In this document: positions 9,643 to 18,247 of the stretch, piece by piece | Layout of the letters: the number at the start of each line of letters is the position of its first letter | Numbering within the stretch: the first letter of the stretch is position 1 | From: Burkholderiales bacterium | GTDB lineage: Bacteria; Pseudomonadota; Gammaproteobacteria; Burkholderiales; Burkholderiaceae_C | Assembly: GCA_016000195.1 (NCBI GenBank) | Contig: JAECRO010000002.1 | Span: forward strand, 65,602 to 129,601 | DNA: 64,000 nucleotides | Reading direction: 5' to 3' | Notes under the pieces: model-generated | Database searches by the model: none | What the model saw: the letters and a program-made list of their open reading frames with translations, nothing else | Told to the model about the DNA's origin: nothing | Program-made: the position numbers and the translations under genes

Positions 9643-10380
9643 ATGCTTCAAGCTCAATCCAGTGCTCGCGCCGACAAAATTTTGATTCTCGATGATGACG
9701 CACGCATCCGCGACCTGTTGCGCCGCTACCTGGCGCAGGAGGGTTTCGATGTCATCCTGGCCGAAGACAGCAAGGCCCTGAACCGCATCATGCTGCGCGA
9801 TGCGGTCGATCTCATCGTGCTCGACCTGATGATGCCCGGCGAGGACGGCCTGTCGATCTGCCGGCGTTTGCGCGCCGCCAACGACCGAACGCCCATCATC
9901 ATGCTGACGGCCAAGGGCGAAGACGTGGACCGCATCGTCGGCCTGGAGGTCGGCGCCGACGACTACCTTGCCAAGCCCTTCAACCCGCGCGAGTTGCTGG
10001 CGCGCATCCATGCGGTGCTGCGCCGCCGCCCCACCGCCGAGGTGCCGGGCGCGCCGTCAAGCGACCAGGAAGTCATCAACTTCGGGCCGTTCTCTTTTGA
10101 CATGAGCCTGCGGACCCTGCAAAAAAATGGCGAGGAACTGCCGCTGACGACCGGCGAATTCGCCATGCTCAAGACCCTGGTTCGCCACCCGCGCCAGCCG
10201 CTGTCGCGTGAAAAACTGGCCCAGCTGGCCCGTGGCCGCGAGTTCGAGCCCTTTGACCGCAGCCTGGACGTGCAGGTGTCGCGCCTTCGCAAGCTCATTG
10301 AAACCGACGCAGCCGTGCCCCGCTACATCCAGACCGTCTGGGGAATCGGCTACGTGTTCGTGCCGGACGGCAACAGCTAA
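9643..10380 (+). CDS. ompR: OmpR-family response regulator
   Basis: Receiver domain ILILDDDARIRDLL...LIVLDLMMPGEDG and winged-helix C-terminus VWGIGYVFVP. Sensor kinase lies downstream. Confidence 0.9.
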   Translation: MLQAQSSARADKILILDDDARIRDLLRRYLAQEGFDVILAEDSKALNRIMLRDAVDLIVLDLMMPGEDGLSICRRLRAANDRTPIIMLTAKGEDVDRIVGLEVGADDYLAKPFNPRELLARIHAVLRRRPTAEVPGAPSSDQEVINFGPFSFDMSLRTLQKNGEELPLTTGEFAMLKTLVRHPRQPLSREKLAQLARGREFEPFDRSLDVQVSRLRKLIETDAAVPRYIQTVWGIGYVFVPDGNS

Positions 10381-10406
10381 GGGATAAGGAACCTGGCTAT
10401 AAATAA

Positions 10407-10507
10407 CTTCCCTTCCGTCATTCCCGCGAAGGCGGGAATCCAGCGACACGGGCTGAAACGCTCAAACGAGTCTGGATACCCGCCTTCGCGGGTATGACGC
10501 AGGGAAG
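10407..10507. repeat. dRS3-like hairpin-pair element (MITE-like), copy A, between ompR and envZ
   Basis: CTTCCCTTCCGTCATTCCCGCGAAGGCGGGAATCCAG, a 28-nt core, then CTGGATACCCGCCTTCGCGGGTATGACGCAGGGAAG. Each arm is itself a hairpin and the two arms are mutually inverted. Confidence 0.85.
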
Positions 10508-10602
10508 CCAGGGCGCCAGCCGCCTGAAAGCTCAGCCCGTTGCACACGGGCGGCGCACTTGATTCATCTGTTTTTCAAATTCTGAAGGCGCCCGCTTCTG
10601 CC

Positions 10603-11979
10603 ATGTCATCTTCCCGCTCGGCTCCTCCTGAAACCGCGCCTGCTCCCCTGGAGGCGCGACCGCGCCGGGGGATCAACCTGTTCTGGCGAACTTTTTTCTT
10701 TCTGGCGCTGCTGCTGTTCGGCTCCATCGTGGCCTGGCTGCAAACCTTCCGCACCCTGGAGACTGAACCGCGCGCCATTCAAAATGCCCAGCAACTCGCC
10801 ACCCTGGTAAACCTGACGCGGGTCGCGCTTCGCTATTCCGACTCCATCGCGCGGGTTTCGCTGATCAAGACGCTGGCCGAGGAAGAGCAGGTCCGCATCA
10901 CGCCGCGCAAACCCACCGACAAATTCGAGCTTTATATCAGCGACGAATTCGGCGAGCGCATCGCCGACGAACTCACCCTGCGGCTGGGCCATGACACGGT
11001 GATCGCCGGCAATGTCAACGGCCAGCAAGGCTTGTGGGTCGGCTTTTCCATTGATGGTGATTCTTACTGGCTACTGACGGACACCTCGCGCCTGGGGCCG
11101 TCCCGCACCAGCACCTGGGCGATCTGGCTGATGACGGCTGCGGCCCTGTCGCTGGCGGGCGCGGCGGTGATTGCGCGGCTGATCAACCAGCCGCTCAAGC
11201 AGCTGTCGTTTGCGGCCAGCCGCATGCGCGATGGCGATTTCGAGGCCAGCCGGCTCGACGAGCGCGTGGCGACCAGCGAAATCCGCGAGGTCAATATCGG
11301 CTTTAACCGCATGGCCGCGCAGCTCTCCAAAATCGAGCAGGACCGGGTGGTCATGCTGGCCGGCATTTCCCATGACCTGCGCACCCCGCTGGCGCGCCTG
11401 CGCCTGGAAACCGAAATGAGCGTGGCCGACCCGGATGCGCGCGAGCACATGGCCAATGACATTGCCCAGCTTGACGCCATCATTGACAAGTTTCTCGATT
11501 ACGCCCGGCCCGAGCCGGCGCACCTGGAGCCCATATCGCTCAACGACCTGATCGATGCGTCGCTGTATGCGGTGGCCGACTACCCCGACATGAAAGTCAA
11601 CGTCAGCCTTCCCAAAGACACCAAGGTGCTGGCGGACCAGGTTGATCTTTCGCGCGTCATTGCCAACCTGCTGGAAAACTCCAGGCGCTACGGCAAAAGC
11701 CCCCAGACAGGCATGGCGCTGGTGGATATTTCAGCCCGCGTGAGTGACGCCTGGGTGCTCATCAAGGTGCGCGACCACGGCAAAGGCGTGGCGCCTGAGG
11801 TTCTGTCCAGGCTCACGAATCCGTTTTTCAGGGGCGATGCCGCCCGCACCGCCGCCACGGGCGCAGGACTGGGACTGGCCATTGCCGAAAAAACCGTGCT
11901 GCGCATGGGCGGCTTGTTCAGCCTGTCCAACACCAGTTCGGGCGGGCTGGCCGCGCACATCAAGCTGCGCCGGGGCTGA
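10603..11979 (+). CDS. envZ: osmosensor-type histidine kinase
   Basis: Start moved to ATG 10603 (MSSSRSAPP). Two TM segments, a HAMP region, H-box AGISHDLRTPLARL, and N/G boxes NLLENSRRYG and GAGLGLAI. Confidence 0.85.
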   Translation: MSSSRSAPPETAPAPLEARPRRGINLFWRTFFFLALLLFGSIVAWLQTFRTLETEPRAIQNAQQLATLVNLTRVALRYSDSIARVSLIKTLAEEEQVRITPRKPTDKFELYISDEFGERIADELTLRLGHDTVIAGNVNGQQGLWVGFSIDGDSYWLLTDTSRLGPSRTSTWAIWLMTAAALSLAGAAVIARLINQPLKQLSFAASRMRDGDFEASRLDERVATSEIREVNIGFNRMAAQLSKIEQDRVVMLAGISHDLRTPLARLRLETEMSVADPDAREHMANDIAQLDAIIDKFLDYARPEPAHLEPISLNDLIDASLYAVADYPDMKVNVSLPKDTKVLADQVDLSRVIANLLENSRRYGKSPQTGMALVDISARVSDAWVLIKVRDHGKGVAPEVLSRLTNPFFRGDAARTAATGAGLGLAIAEKTVLRMGGLFSLSNTSSGGLAAHIKLRRG

Positions 11980-12029
11980 AAAAACCGCCGGCAGCGGCCC
12001 TGGGCTTGAAATAACAGCCAAATACGGCT

Positions 12030-12076
12030 CTTGCGCAATGTCCGCCTGCGCAAGCAGCTATCAATACAATAGCGCC
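12030..12076 (+). repeat. Short dispersed repeat (SDR family), copy 3
   Basis: CTTGCGCAatgtccgccTGCGCAAGCAGCTATCAATACAATAGCGCC. Overlaps the last codons and stop of ispF on the opposite strand. Confidence 0.8.
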
Positions 12077-12570
12077 ACGGCGCGCGCTTCCAGGCTCAGG
12101 CCCTGGCCGACAGGCCCGAGCTTTTCGGCCGTTTTGGCCTTCACATTGACCTGGCCTTCCTGCAGCCCCAGCGCCCCGGCGATACGAAGCCGCATGGCCG
12201 CGATATGCGGCGCCAGCCGGGGTGACTGCGCCACGATGGTGCTGTCGATGTTGCCGATGCGCAGGCCGCGCCCGGCCAGCAGCCGGCCGGTTTCGCGCAG
12301 CAGCGCTACCGAATCGGCGCCCTTGAAGCGGACATCGGTATCGGGAAAATGGCTGCCGATATCGCCCAGCCCGGCCGCGCCCAGCAAGGCGTCGATGATG
12401 GCGTGCAGCAGCACATCGGCATCCGAATGGCCGAGCAGGCCCAGCGTGTACGCAATCTCGACGCCGCCCAGGATGAGCTTGCGCCCCGGCACCAGCGCAT
12501 GCGTGTCCCAGCCTTCGCCAATGCGGAACGGGGGAAGCACCGGAATCGGGGCGATGGGAACGGAATTCAT
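12061..12570 (-). CDS. ispF: 2-C-methyl-D-erythritol 2,4-cyclodiphosphate synthase
   Basis: [12 protein letters not shown] and [19 protein letters not shown] motifs. Confidence 0.9.
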   Translation of the reverse strand: MNSVPIAPIPVLPPFRIGEGWDTHALVPGRKLILGGVEIAYTLGLLGHSDADVLLHAIIDALLGAAGLGDIGSHFPDTDVRFKGADSVALLRETGRLLAGRGLRIGNIDSTIVAQSPRLAPHIAAMRLRIAGALGLQEGQVNVKAKTAEKLGPVGQGLSLEARAVALLY

Positions 12571-12598
12571 GAATCGGGCTTTCGTGGAAATAAGGGTT

Positions 12599-13360
12599 TC
12601 ATGCCGCCAGCGGCTGCGACAGCAGCGTCGCCGGGCGGCTCCGATTCAAAAGAATCGCTTCGGCCAGCGCGAAGTCGTCCGGGTACGTCACCTTGAAGTT
12701 CTGCGCGCTGCCCGCCACCAGCCTGGGCGCCAGCCCCAGTGCCTCGATGGCGCTGGACTCGTCGGTGACGGCACTTCCCGCGCTTTCGGCAGCATCGAGC
12801 GCCTGCGTCAGGAGGCCGATGCGAAACATCTGCGGCGTTTGCGCCAGCCATTTGTCGCTGCGGTCCAGTGTTGCGGCCACGCGCCCGTCGGCCGCCTGCT
12901 TGAGCGTGTCGGGCAACGGATGCGCCAGCAGGCCGCCGACCGCGTCATGCTGGCAGGCGTCGATCAGCTGGTTGATTTGCGCCGGCGTGACCAGGCAGCG
13001 GGCGGCGTCGTGGACCAGCACCCAGTCGGCAGCCTGCGCGCCTGAGCGGATCAGCGCATCAAGCCCACGGCGCACGCTTGTCGCCCGGCTGGCGCCGCCG
13101 CATGCCGCCACGTCGAATGAGGGCTCGGCCACCGGGTCAAAAAAATGGTCGCCCGGCGCCACCACCACCAGCGTTCGGGCCAGGCGCTTGACGCCCTGGA
13201 AAGCCGCCAGCGTGTGCCGCACCATCGGCTGCCCGGCAATCACCTGGTATTGCTTGGCCTGCCCGGCCACCACGCCGGCCCGGCGGCCCTGCCCGGCGCA
13301 GGGAATCAGGACAAAAAAACGGCTGCTGGAACGGTTATCGGCTGAGCTTGTCATCATCAC
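12599..13360 (-). CDS. ispD: 2-C-methyl-D-erythritol 4-phosphate cytidylyltransferase
   Basis: [14 protein letters not shown]-loop-like motif and VLVHDAARC. Immediately upstream of ispF. Confidence 0.88.
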   Translation of the reverse strand: MMMTSSADNRSSSRFFVLIPCAGQGRRAGVVAGQAKQYQVIAGQPMVRHTLAAFQGVKRLARTLVVVAPGDHFFDPVAEPSFDVAACGGASRATSVRRGLDALIRSGAQAADWVLVHDAARCLVTPAQINQLIDACQHDAVGGLLAHPLPDTLKQAADGRVAATLDRSDKWLAQTPQMFRIGLLTQALDAAESAGSAVTDESSAIEALGLAPRLVAGSAQNFKVTYPDDFALAEAILLNRSRPATLLSQPLAA

Positions 13361-13386
13361 GCATCATAAATTCTAAAATCAGGCCG

Positions 13387-16300
13387 ATGCACCTTCCTTC
13401 ACTTGTGACCGGCAAACGCTACACCCTGCCCCAACCCACGGGCTCCGCCGATGCCCTGCTGCTGGCCCGTCTCGGGCAGCGCGAAAAAGCCGCCGGCAAA
13501 CTCACCGCCATCGTCACCGCGGACGCCAGCACGGCCCAGCGCCTGATGGACGAGATGGCGTTTTTTGCGCCCGACCTGCGCTGCGCCCTGTTTCCCGACT
13601 GGGAAACCCTGCCCTACGACGCGTTTTCGCCGCACCAGGACCTGATCAGCGAACGGCTGGCGACGCTCTGGCGCATCCAGCAGCGCAACAAGGAAACCGG
13701 CGCCGACGTGGTCATCGTGCCGGCCACCACCGCGCTCTACCGGCTGGCGCCGCCGTCTTTCCTGGCCGGCTACACCTTCGAGTTCAAGGTCAGGCAAAAG
13801 CTCGACGAAGCCAAACTGAAGGCCCAGCTCACGCTGGCCGGCTACAGCCATGTGACGCAGGTCGTCAGCCCCGGCGAATATGCCGTGCGCGGCGGGCTGA
13901 TTGATTTGTTCCCGATGGGCTCGCTGGTGCCTTACCGCGTCGATTTGTTCGATGACGAGATCGACAGCATCCGCACCTTTGACCCCGACAGCCAGCGCTC
14001 TTTGTATCCGGTGCCCGAAGTGCGGCTGCTGCCGGGCCGCGAGTTTCCGATGGACGACGATGCGCGCGCCAAATTCCGCAGCCGCTGGCGCGAGCTGCTC
14101 GACGGCGACCCGACCAAGAGCCGCATCTACAAGGACATGGGCAACGGCGTGGCGACGGCCGGCATCGAGTATTACCTGCCGCTGTTCTTTGAAGAAACCG
14201 CCACCGTGTTCGACTACCTCGGCAAGCAGGCGACGGTGGTGCTGCACGGCGACCTGGAGCCGGCTTTCCAGAGCTTCTGGCAGGACACCCAAGACCGCTA
14301 CCGGCTGGTGAAGGACGCGCCCGACCGCCCGGCGCTGCCGCCCGAGTCGCTGTTCTTGAGCATCGAGCAGTTCTACGCCCGCGCCAACCAGTATGCGCAG
14401 CTGGCATTGCGCGGCGGGAGCGGGGTCAGCCCCCTCCCCGCATCCGCATCCGCATCCGCATCCCCAGCTTTCGCCGAATTCGACACCCTGCCCCCCATGG
14501 CCGTGGTGCGCGGCGCCGAAGACCCGCTGGCGCGCTTCAGGAGCCATGCCAAAAACACCGCCCACCGCGTGCTGGTGCTGGCCGAAAGCGATGGCCGGCG
14601 CGAAAGCCTGCTCGACTTTCTGCGCGCCAGCAACGTCAGCCCGCCCGCCTTCGACTCGCTCGAAGACTTCCAGACCAGCCACGAACCGCTCGGCATTGCC
14701 ACGGCGGCGCTGAACACGGGCTTTAGCTGGATCGAGGAAGGCATCGACTTCGTCACCGAAACCGAGCTGTTTGCCGCCGGCGTGACCACGCGCCGGCGCA
14801 GCAAGCGGCAGGAACAGGTCAGCGACGTGGAGGCGCTGATCAAGGACTTGTCCGAACTCAGCCTCGGCGACCCGGTGGTTCACAGCGCCCACGGCATTGG
14901 CCGCTACCGGGGCCTGATCAACCTCGACCTGGGCGAGAAGAACCCCGACGGTTCGCCCGCCACGCAGGAGTTTTTGCACCTCGAATACGCCGACAAGGCT
15001 ACGCTCTACGTGCCGGTCAGCCAGTTGCACCAGATCAGCCGCTACACCGGCGTTGCTGCCTCCGAAGCGCCGCTGCACAAGCTGGGCAGCGGCCAGTGGG
15101 AAAAAGCCAGGCGCAAGGCAGCCGAGCAAATCCGCGACTCCGCCGCCGAGCTGCTCAACATCTACGCCCGCCGCGCCGCCCGCGAAGGCCACGCCTTCCG
15201 CTATTCGCCCGCCGATTACGAGATATTCGCCAACGACTTCGGCTTTGACGAAACCGCCGACCAGCGCGCCGCCATCCACGCCGTCATCCAGGACATGATC
15301 AGCCCGCGCCCCATGGACCGGCTGGTCTGCGGCGACGTGGGTTTCGGCAAGACCGAAGTCGCCCTGCGCGCCGCCTTCATCGCCATCACCGGCGGCAAGC
15401 AGGTCGCCCTGCTGGCGCCCACCACGCTGCTGGCCGAGCAGCATTACCAGACGCTGGTGGACCGCTTCGCCAAATGGCCGGTGCGGGTCGCCGAGATGAG
15501 CCGCTTTCGCTCGGGCAAGGAAATCAGCGCCGCCATCAAGGGCCTGGCCGATGGCACGGTCGATATCGTCGTCGGCACGCACAAGCTGCTGAGCCAGAAC
15601 GTGAAGTTCAAGCAGCTCGGCTTGCTCATCATTGACGAGGAACACCGTTTCGGCGTGCGCCACAAGGAAGCCATGAAGGCCATGCGCGCCGAGGTCGATG
15701 TACTCACGCTCACCGCCACGCCGATTCCGCGCACGCTGGGCATGGCGCTCGAAGGCTTGAGGGATCTGAGCGTGATTGCGACCGCCCCGCAACGGCGCCT
15801 GGCCATCAAGACCTTTGTGCGCACCGAGGGCAACGGCGTCATCCGCGAAGCCGTGCTGCGCGAATTGAAGCGCGGCGGCCAGGTTTACTTTCTGCACAAC
15901 GAAGTCGAGACCATAGAAAACCGCCGCCAGAAGCTCGAAGAGCTGCTGCCCGAAGCGCGCATTGCCGTGGCCCACGGGCAAATGCCCGAACGCGAGCTGG
16001 AGCGCGTGATGAAAGACTTTGTGGCCCAGCGCTTCAACATTTTGCTGTGCTCGACCATCATCGAAACCGGCATCGACGTGCCCAGCGCCAACACCATTTT
16101 GATCAGCCGCGCCGACAAGTTCGGCCTGGCGCAACTGCACCAGCTGCGCGGGCGCGTGGGCCGCAGCCACCACCAGGCCTATGCCTACCTGATGGTGCCC
16201 GACCTCGAAGGCCTGACCAAGCAGGCCAGCCAGCGGTTAGATGCCATCCAGCAGATGGAAGAGCTCGGCTCGGGCTTTTACCTGGCGATGCACGACCTGG

Positions 16301-16902
16301 AGATTCGCGGCACCGGCGAGGTGCTGGGCGAAAACCAGAGCGGCAACATGCTGGAAATCGGCTTTCAGCTCTACAACGAGATGCTGAGCGAAGCCGTCGC
16401 ATCATTGAAGGCCGGGCGCGAACCCGATTTGCTGTCACCGCTCAGCGTCACGACCGAAATCAACCTGCACGCCCCGGCCCTGCTGCCGAACGACTATTGC
16501 GGCGATGTGCATCTGCGCCTGTCGTTCTACAAAAAGCTGGCCACGGCCAAGAAAACCGAACAGATCGACACCCTGCTCGAAGAACTCGTTGACCGCTTCG
16601 GCAAGCTGCCCGCGCAGGCCCAGACGCTGATCGACGTGCACCGCCTGCGCGTGATCGCCCGGCCGTATGGCGTGGTCAAGGTCGATGCCGCGCCTGGCGT
16701 CATCACCATCACCTTCCGCAAAGACCCGCCGATTGACGCCATGGCCATCATCCACCTGATCCAGAAAAACAAGCACATCAAGCTCGCCGGCAACGACAAG
16801 CTGCGCATCGAGCGTGCCTTGCCCGAGGCCAAGGAGCGCGCGCAGATGGTGCGCGATGTGCTGCGCAGTCTGGGGCAGCCGGTGATAGAAGTATTGGCAT
16901 AG
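13387..16902 (+). CDS. mfd: transcription-repair coupling factor
   Basis: ORF 13348..16902 with start moved to ATG 13387 (MHLPSLV) to avoid overlap with ispD. Superfamily-2 helicase motifs GDVGFGKTEVA and IIDEEHRFGV, plus the TRG motif region QLHQLRGRVGRS. Confidence 0.92.
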   Translation: MHLPSLVTGKRYTLPQPTGSADALLLARLGQREKAAGKLTAIVTADASTAQRLMDEMAFFAPDLRCALFPDWETLPYDAFSPHQDLISERLATLWRIQQRNKETGADVVIVPATTALYRLAPPSFLAGYTFEFKVRQKLDEAKLKAQLTLAGYSHVTQVVSPGEYAVRGGLIDLFPMGSLVPYRVDLFDDEIDSIRTFDPDSQRSLYPVPEVRLLPGREFPMDDDARAKFRSRWRELLDGDPTKSRIYKDMGNGVATAGIEYYLPLFFEETATVFDYLGKQATVVLHGDLEPAFQSFWQDTQDRYRLVKDAPDRPALPPESLFLSIEQFYARANQYAQLALRGGSGVSPLPASASASASPAFAEFDTLPPMAVVRGAEDPLARFRSHAKNTAHRVLVLAESDGRRESLLDFLRASNVSPPAFDSLEDFQTSHEPLGIATAALNTGFSWIEEGIDFVTETELFAAGVTTRRRSKRQEQVSDVEALIKDLSELSLGDPVVHSAHGIGRYRGLINLDLGEKNPDGSPATQEFLHLEYADKATLYVPVSQLHQISRYTGVAASEAPLHKLGSGQWEKARRKAAEQIRDSAAELLNIYARRAAREGHAFRYSPADYEIFANDFGFDETADQRAAIHAVIQDMISPRPMDRLVCGDVGFGKTEVALRAAFIAITGGKQVALLAPTTLLAEQHYQTLVDRFAKWPVRVAEMSRFRSGKEISAAIKGLADGTVDIVVGTHKLLSQNVKFKQLGLLIIDEEHRFGVRHKEAMKAMRAEVDVLTLTATPIPRTLGMALEGLRDLSVIATAPQRRLAIKTFVRTEGNGVIREAVLRELKRGGQVYFLHNEVETIENRRQKLEELLPEARIAVAHGQMPERELERVMKDFVAQRFNILLCSTIIETGIDVPSANTILISRADKFGLAQLHQLRGRVGRSHHQAYAYLMVPDLEGLTKQASQRLDAIQQMEELGSGFYLAMHDLEIRGTGEVLGENQSGNMLEIGFQLYNEMLSEAVASLKAGREPDLLSPLSVTTEINLHAPALLPNDYCGDVHLRLSFYKKLATAKKTEQIDTLLEELVDRFGKLPAQAQTLIDVHRLRVIARPYGVVKVDAAPGVITITFRKDPPIDAMAIIHLIQKNKHIKLAGNDKLRIERALPEAKERAQMVRDVLRSLGQPVIEVLA

Positions 16903-16950
16903 GCTAAGGCATAGGCTAAACTACTTTCAGCCCCTAACCGGAGAAAAGCA

Positions 16951-17265
16951 ATGAATCAAATCGCTGAAAAAACCTTTGGCCAAGGTGAAACGCCAGCCCG
17001 CCAAGTCAGGCTGTTTCGCAACGGCGCTAACCAGGCGGTGCGAATTCCCAAGGAGTTTGAGCTGCCTGGCAAAGAAGCGCTGATGCGACGCGAGGGCAAC
17101 CGGCTGATTATTGAAGTCCTGGAAGTAAAGCCTCCCAGAGGAAGCGCAGCGGCGCTAATGGCCGCGTTGCAGGATCTGGCCAAACTGGGGCCTATAGATG
17201 AAGAGTTTCCCGATGTTGATGCAGGCCTTTTGCCGCTGGATGACATTGACCTGGGTGAAGACTGA
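16951..17265 (+). CDS. vapB: type II antitoxin, AbrB/SpoVT (VapB-like)
   Basis: VRLFRNGANQAVRIPKEFELPG swapped-hairpin motif. The stop overlaps the next ATG by 1 nt (TGATG). Confidence 0.8.
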   Translation: MNQIAEKTFGQGETPARQVRLFRNGANQAVRIPKEFELPGKEALMRREGNRLIIEVLEVKPPRGSAAALMAALQDLAKLGPIDEEFPDVDAGLLPLDDIDLGED

Positions 17266-17702
17266 TGGCGACAGGGCGCGACATCTATTTGTTTGATACC
17301 AACATCTTGTCCGACATGATGCGTTACCCAGAGGGATTGGCCGCCCAACACTTCATGGTAGCCGTTAAACACAAACCCGACGCCAGGTTCTGTACCAGCG
17401 TGGTCGTTCAATGTGAATTGCTGTTTGGCATACGCCGCCGTACCCACCCGCGCTGGCAAACTCACTATGAGCGGGTGCTGGAGTCAGTGGATGTATTGCC
17501 GCTGGAACCCGATGTTTGTATCCACTACGCAGCCTTGCGCACCCTGCTCGAATCAGCAGGAACGCCGATAGGCCCCTACGACGCACTGATTGCAGCGCAT
17601 GCTTTGGCGGCCAATGCCACGCTGGTCAGCGCCGATGCCGAATTTTTGCGCGTGCCTGGCTTGCGGGTCGAGAACTGGCTGGCGGAGGAAAACCAGTTTT
17701 GA
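17265..17702 (+). CDS. vapC: PIN-domain ribonuclease toxin (VapC-like)
   Basis: Acidic PIN residues in LFDTNIL, QCELLFG, YDALIAAHA and SADAEF. Confidence 0.85.
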   Translation: MATGRDIYLFDTNILSDMMRYPEGLAAQHFMVAVKHKPDARFCTSVVVQCELLFGIRRRTHPRWQTHYERVLESVDVLPLEPDVCIHYAALRTLLESAGTPIGPYDALIAAHALAANATLVSADAEFLRVPGLRVENWLAEENQF

Positions 17703-17726
17703 TTCATCCTCAAGCAGCCGCGCATC

Positions 17727-18011
17727 ATGCAACCCGCCGTTTACATCCTCGCCAGCCAACGCAACGGTACGCTTTACATTGGCGTCACCAGCAACCTCGT
17801 ACAGCGCATCTGGCAACATAAAAATGATCTGGTCGCAGGTTTCACCGAAAAATACGGCGTGCATGGGCTCGTGTATTTTGAGTTGCTGGACGACATGCTC
17901 AGCGCCATCACGAGAGAAAAGCAGTTGAAAAAATGGAACCGGGCCTGGAAGCTGGCCCTGATAGAAAAGCAAAACCCGACATGGCAAGACCTATGGCCAA
18001 CGATTCTTTAA
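17727..18011 (+). CDS. GIY-YIG nuclease-domain protein (UPF0213-like, 94 aa)
   Basis: PAVYILASQRNGTLYIGVTSNLVQRIWQH and REKQLKKWNR motifs. Confidence 0.85.
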   Translation: MQPAVYILASQRNGTLYIGVTSNLVQRIWQHKNDLVAGFTEKYGVHGLVYFELLDDMLSAITREKQLKKWNRAWKLALIEKQNPTWQDLWPTIL

Positions 18012-18044
18012 ACCCGCCAGCCATCTTCAGGCCCGGCCCCGTCC

Positions 18045-18125
18045 GTCATTCCCGCGCAGGCGGGAATCCAGACTCGTTTGAGCGTTCAACCCGTGTTGCT
18101 GGATTCCCGCCTTCGCGGGAATGAC
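18045..18125. repeat. dRS3-like hairpin-pair element, copy B, between GIY-YIG and mod
   Basis: GTCATTCCCGCGCAGGCGGGAATCCAG, a core, then CTGGATTCCCGCCTTCGCGGGAATGAC. The core is the reverse complement of the copy A and copy C cores. Confidence 0.85.
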
Positions 18126-18191
18126 AGCTTCCAGTGAAAAGCTGGGCCAGTTGTTTCATCGCCGTCCCAAAATTTATAACGAAATCAGCCG

Positions 18192-18239
18192 CTTACGCAA
18201 ACCAGACATGCGCAGGCAGCTATCAAAACCGTAGTAACC
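18192..18239 (+). repeat. Short dispersed repeat (SDR family), copy 4
   Basis: CTTACGCAaaccagacaTGCGCAGGCAGCTATCAAAACCGTAGTAACC, 9 bp upstream of the mod ATG. Confidence 0.8.
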
Positions 18240-18247
18240 AATCCCTT

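Noticed and set aside
13399-16173. 924-aa ORF antisense to mfd
   Set aside because: It lies entirely within, and opposite to, a gene with clear helicase motifs. Its Arg/Ala/Gly/His-rich low-complexity translation is typical of antisense frames in high-GC DNA.
18134-18247. GTG-initiated N-terminal extension of mod, and likewise 53382..53531 for the outer-membrane factor gene
   Set aside because: Both extensions read through repeat elements. Internal ATGs give canonical N-termini: Mod MPTPIL, and the lipoprotein signal MRSTLYPCKLLVAALALALGGC.
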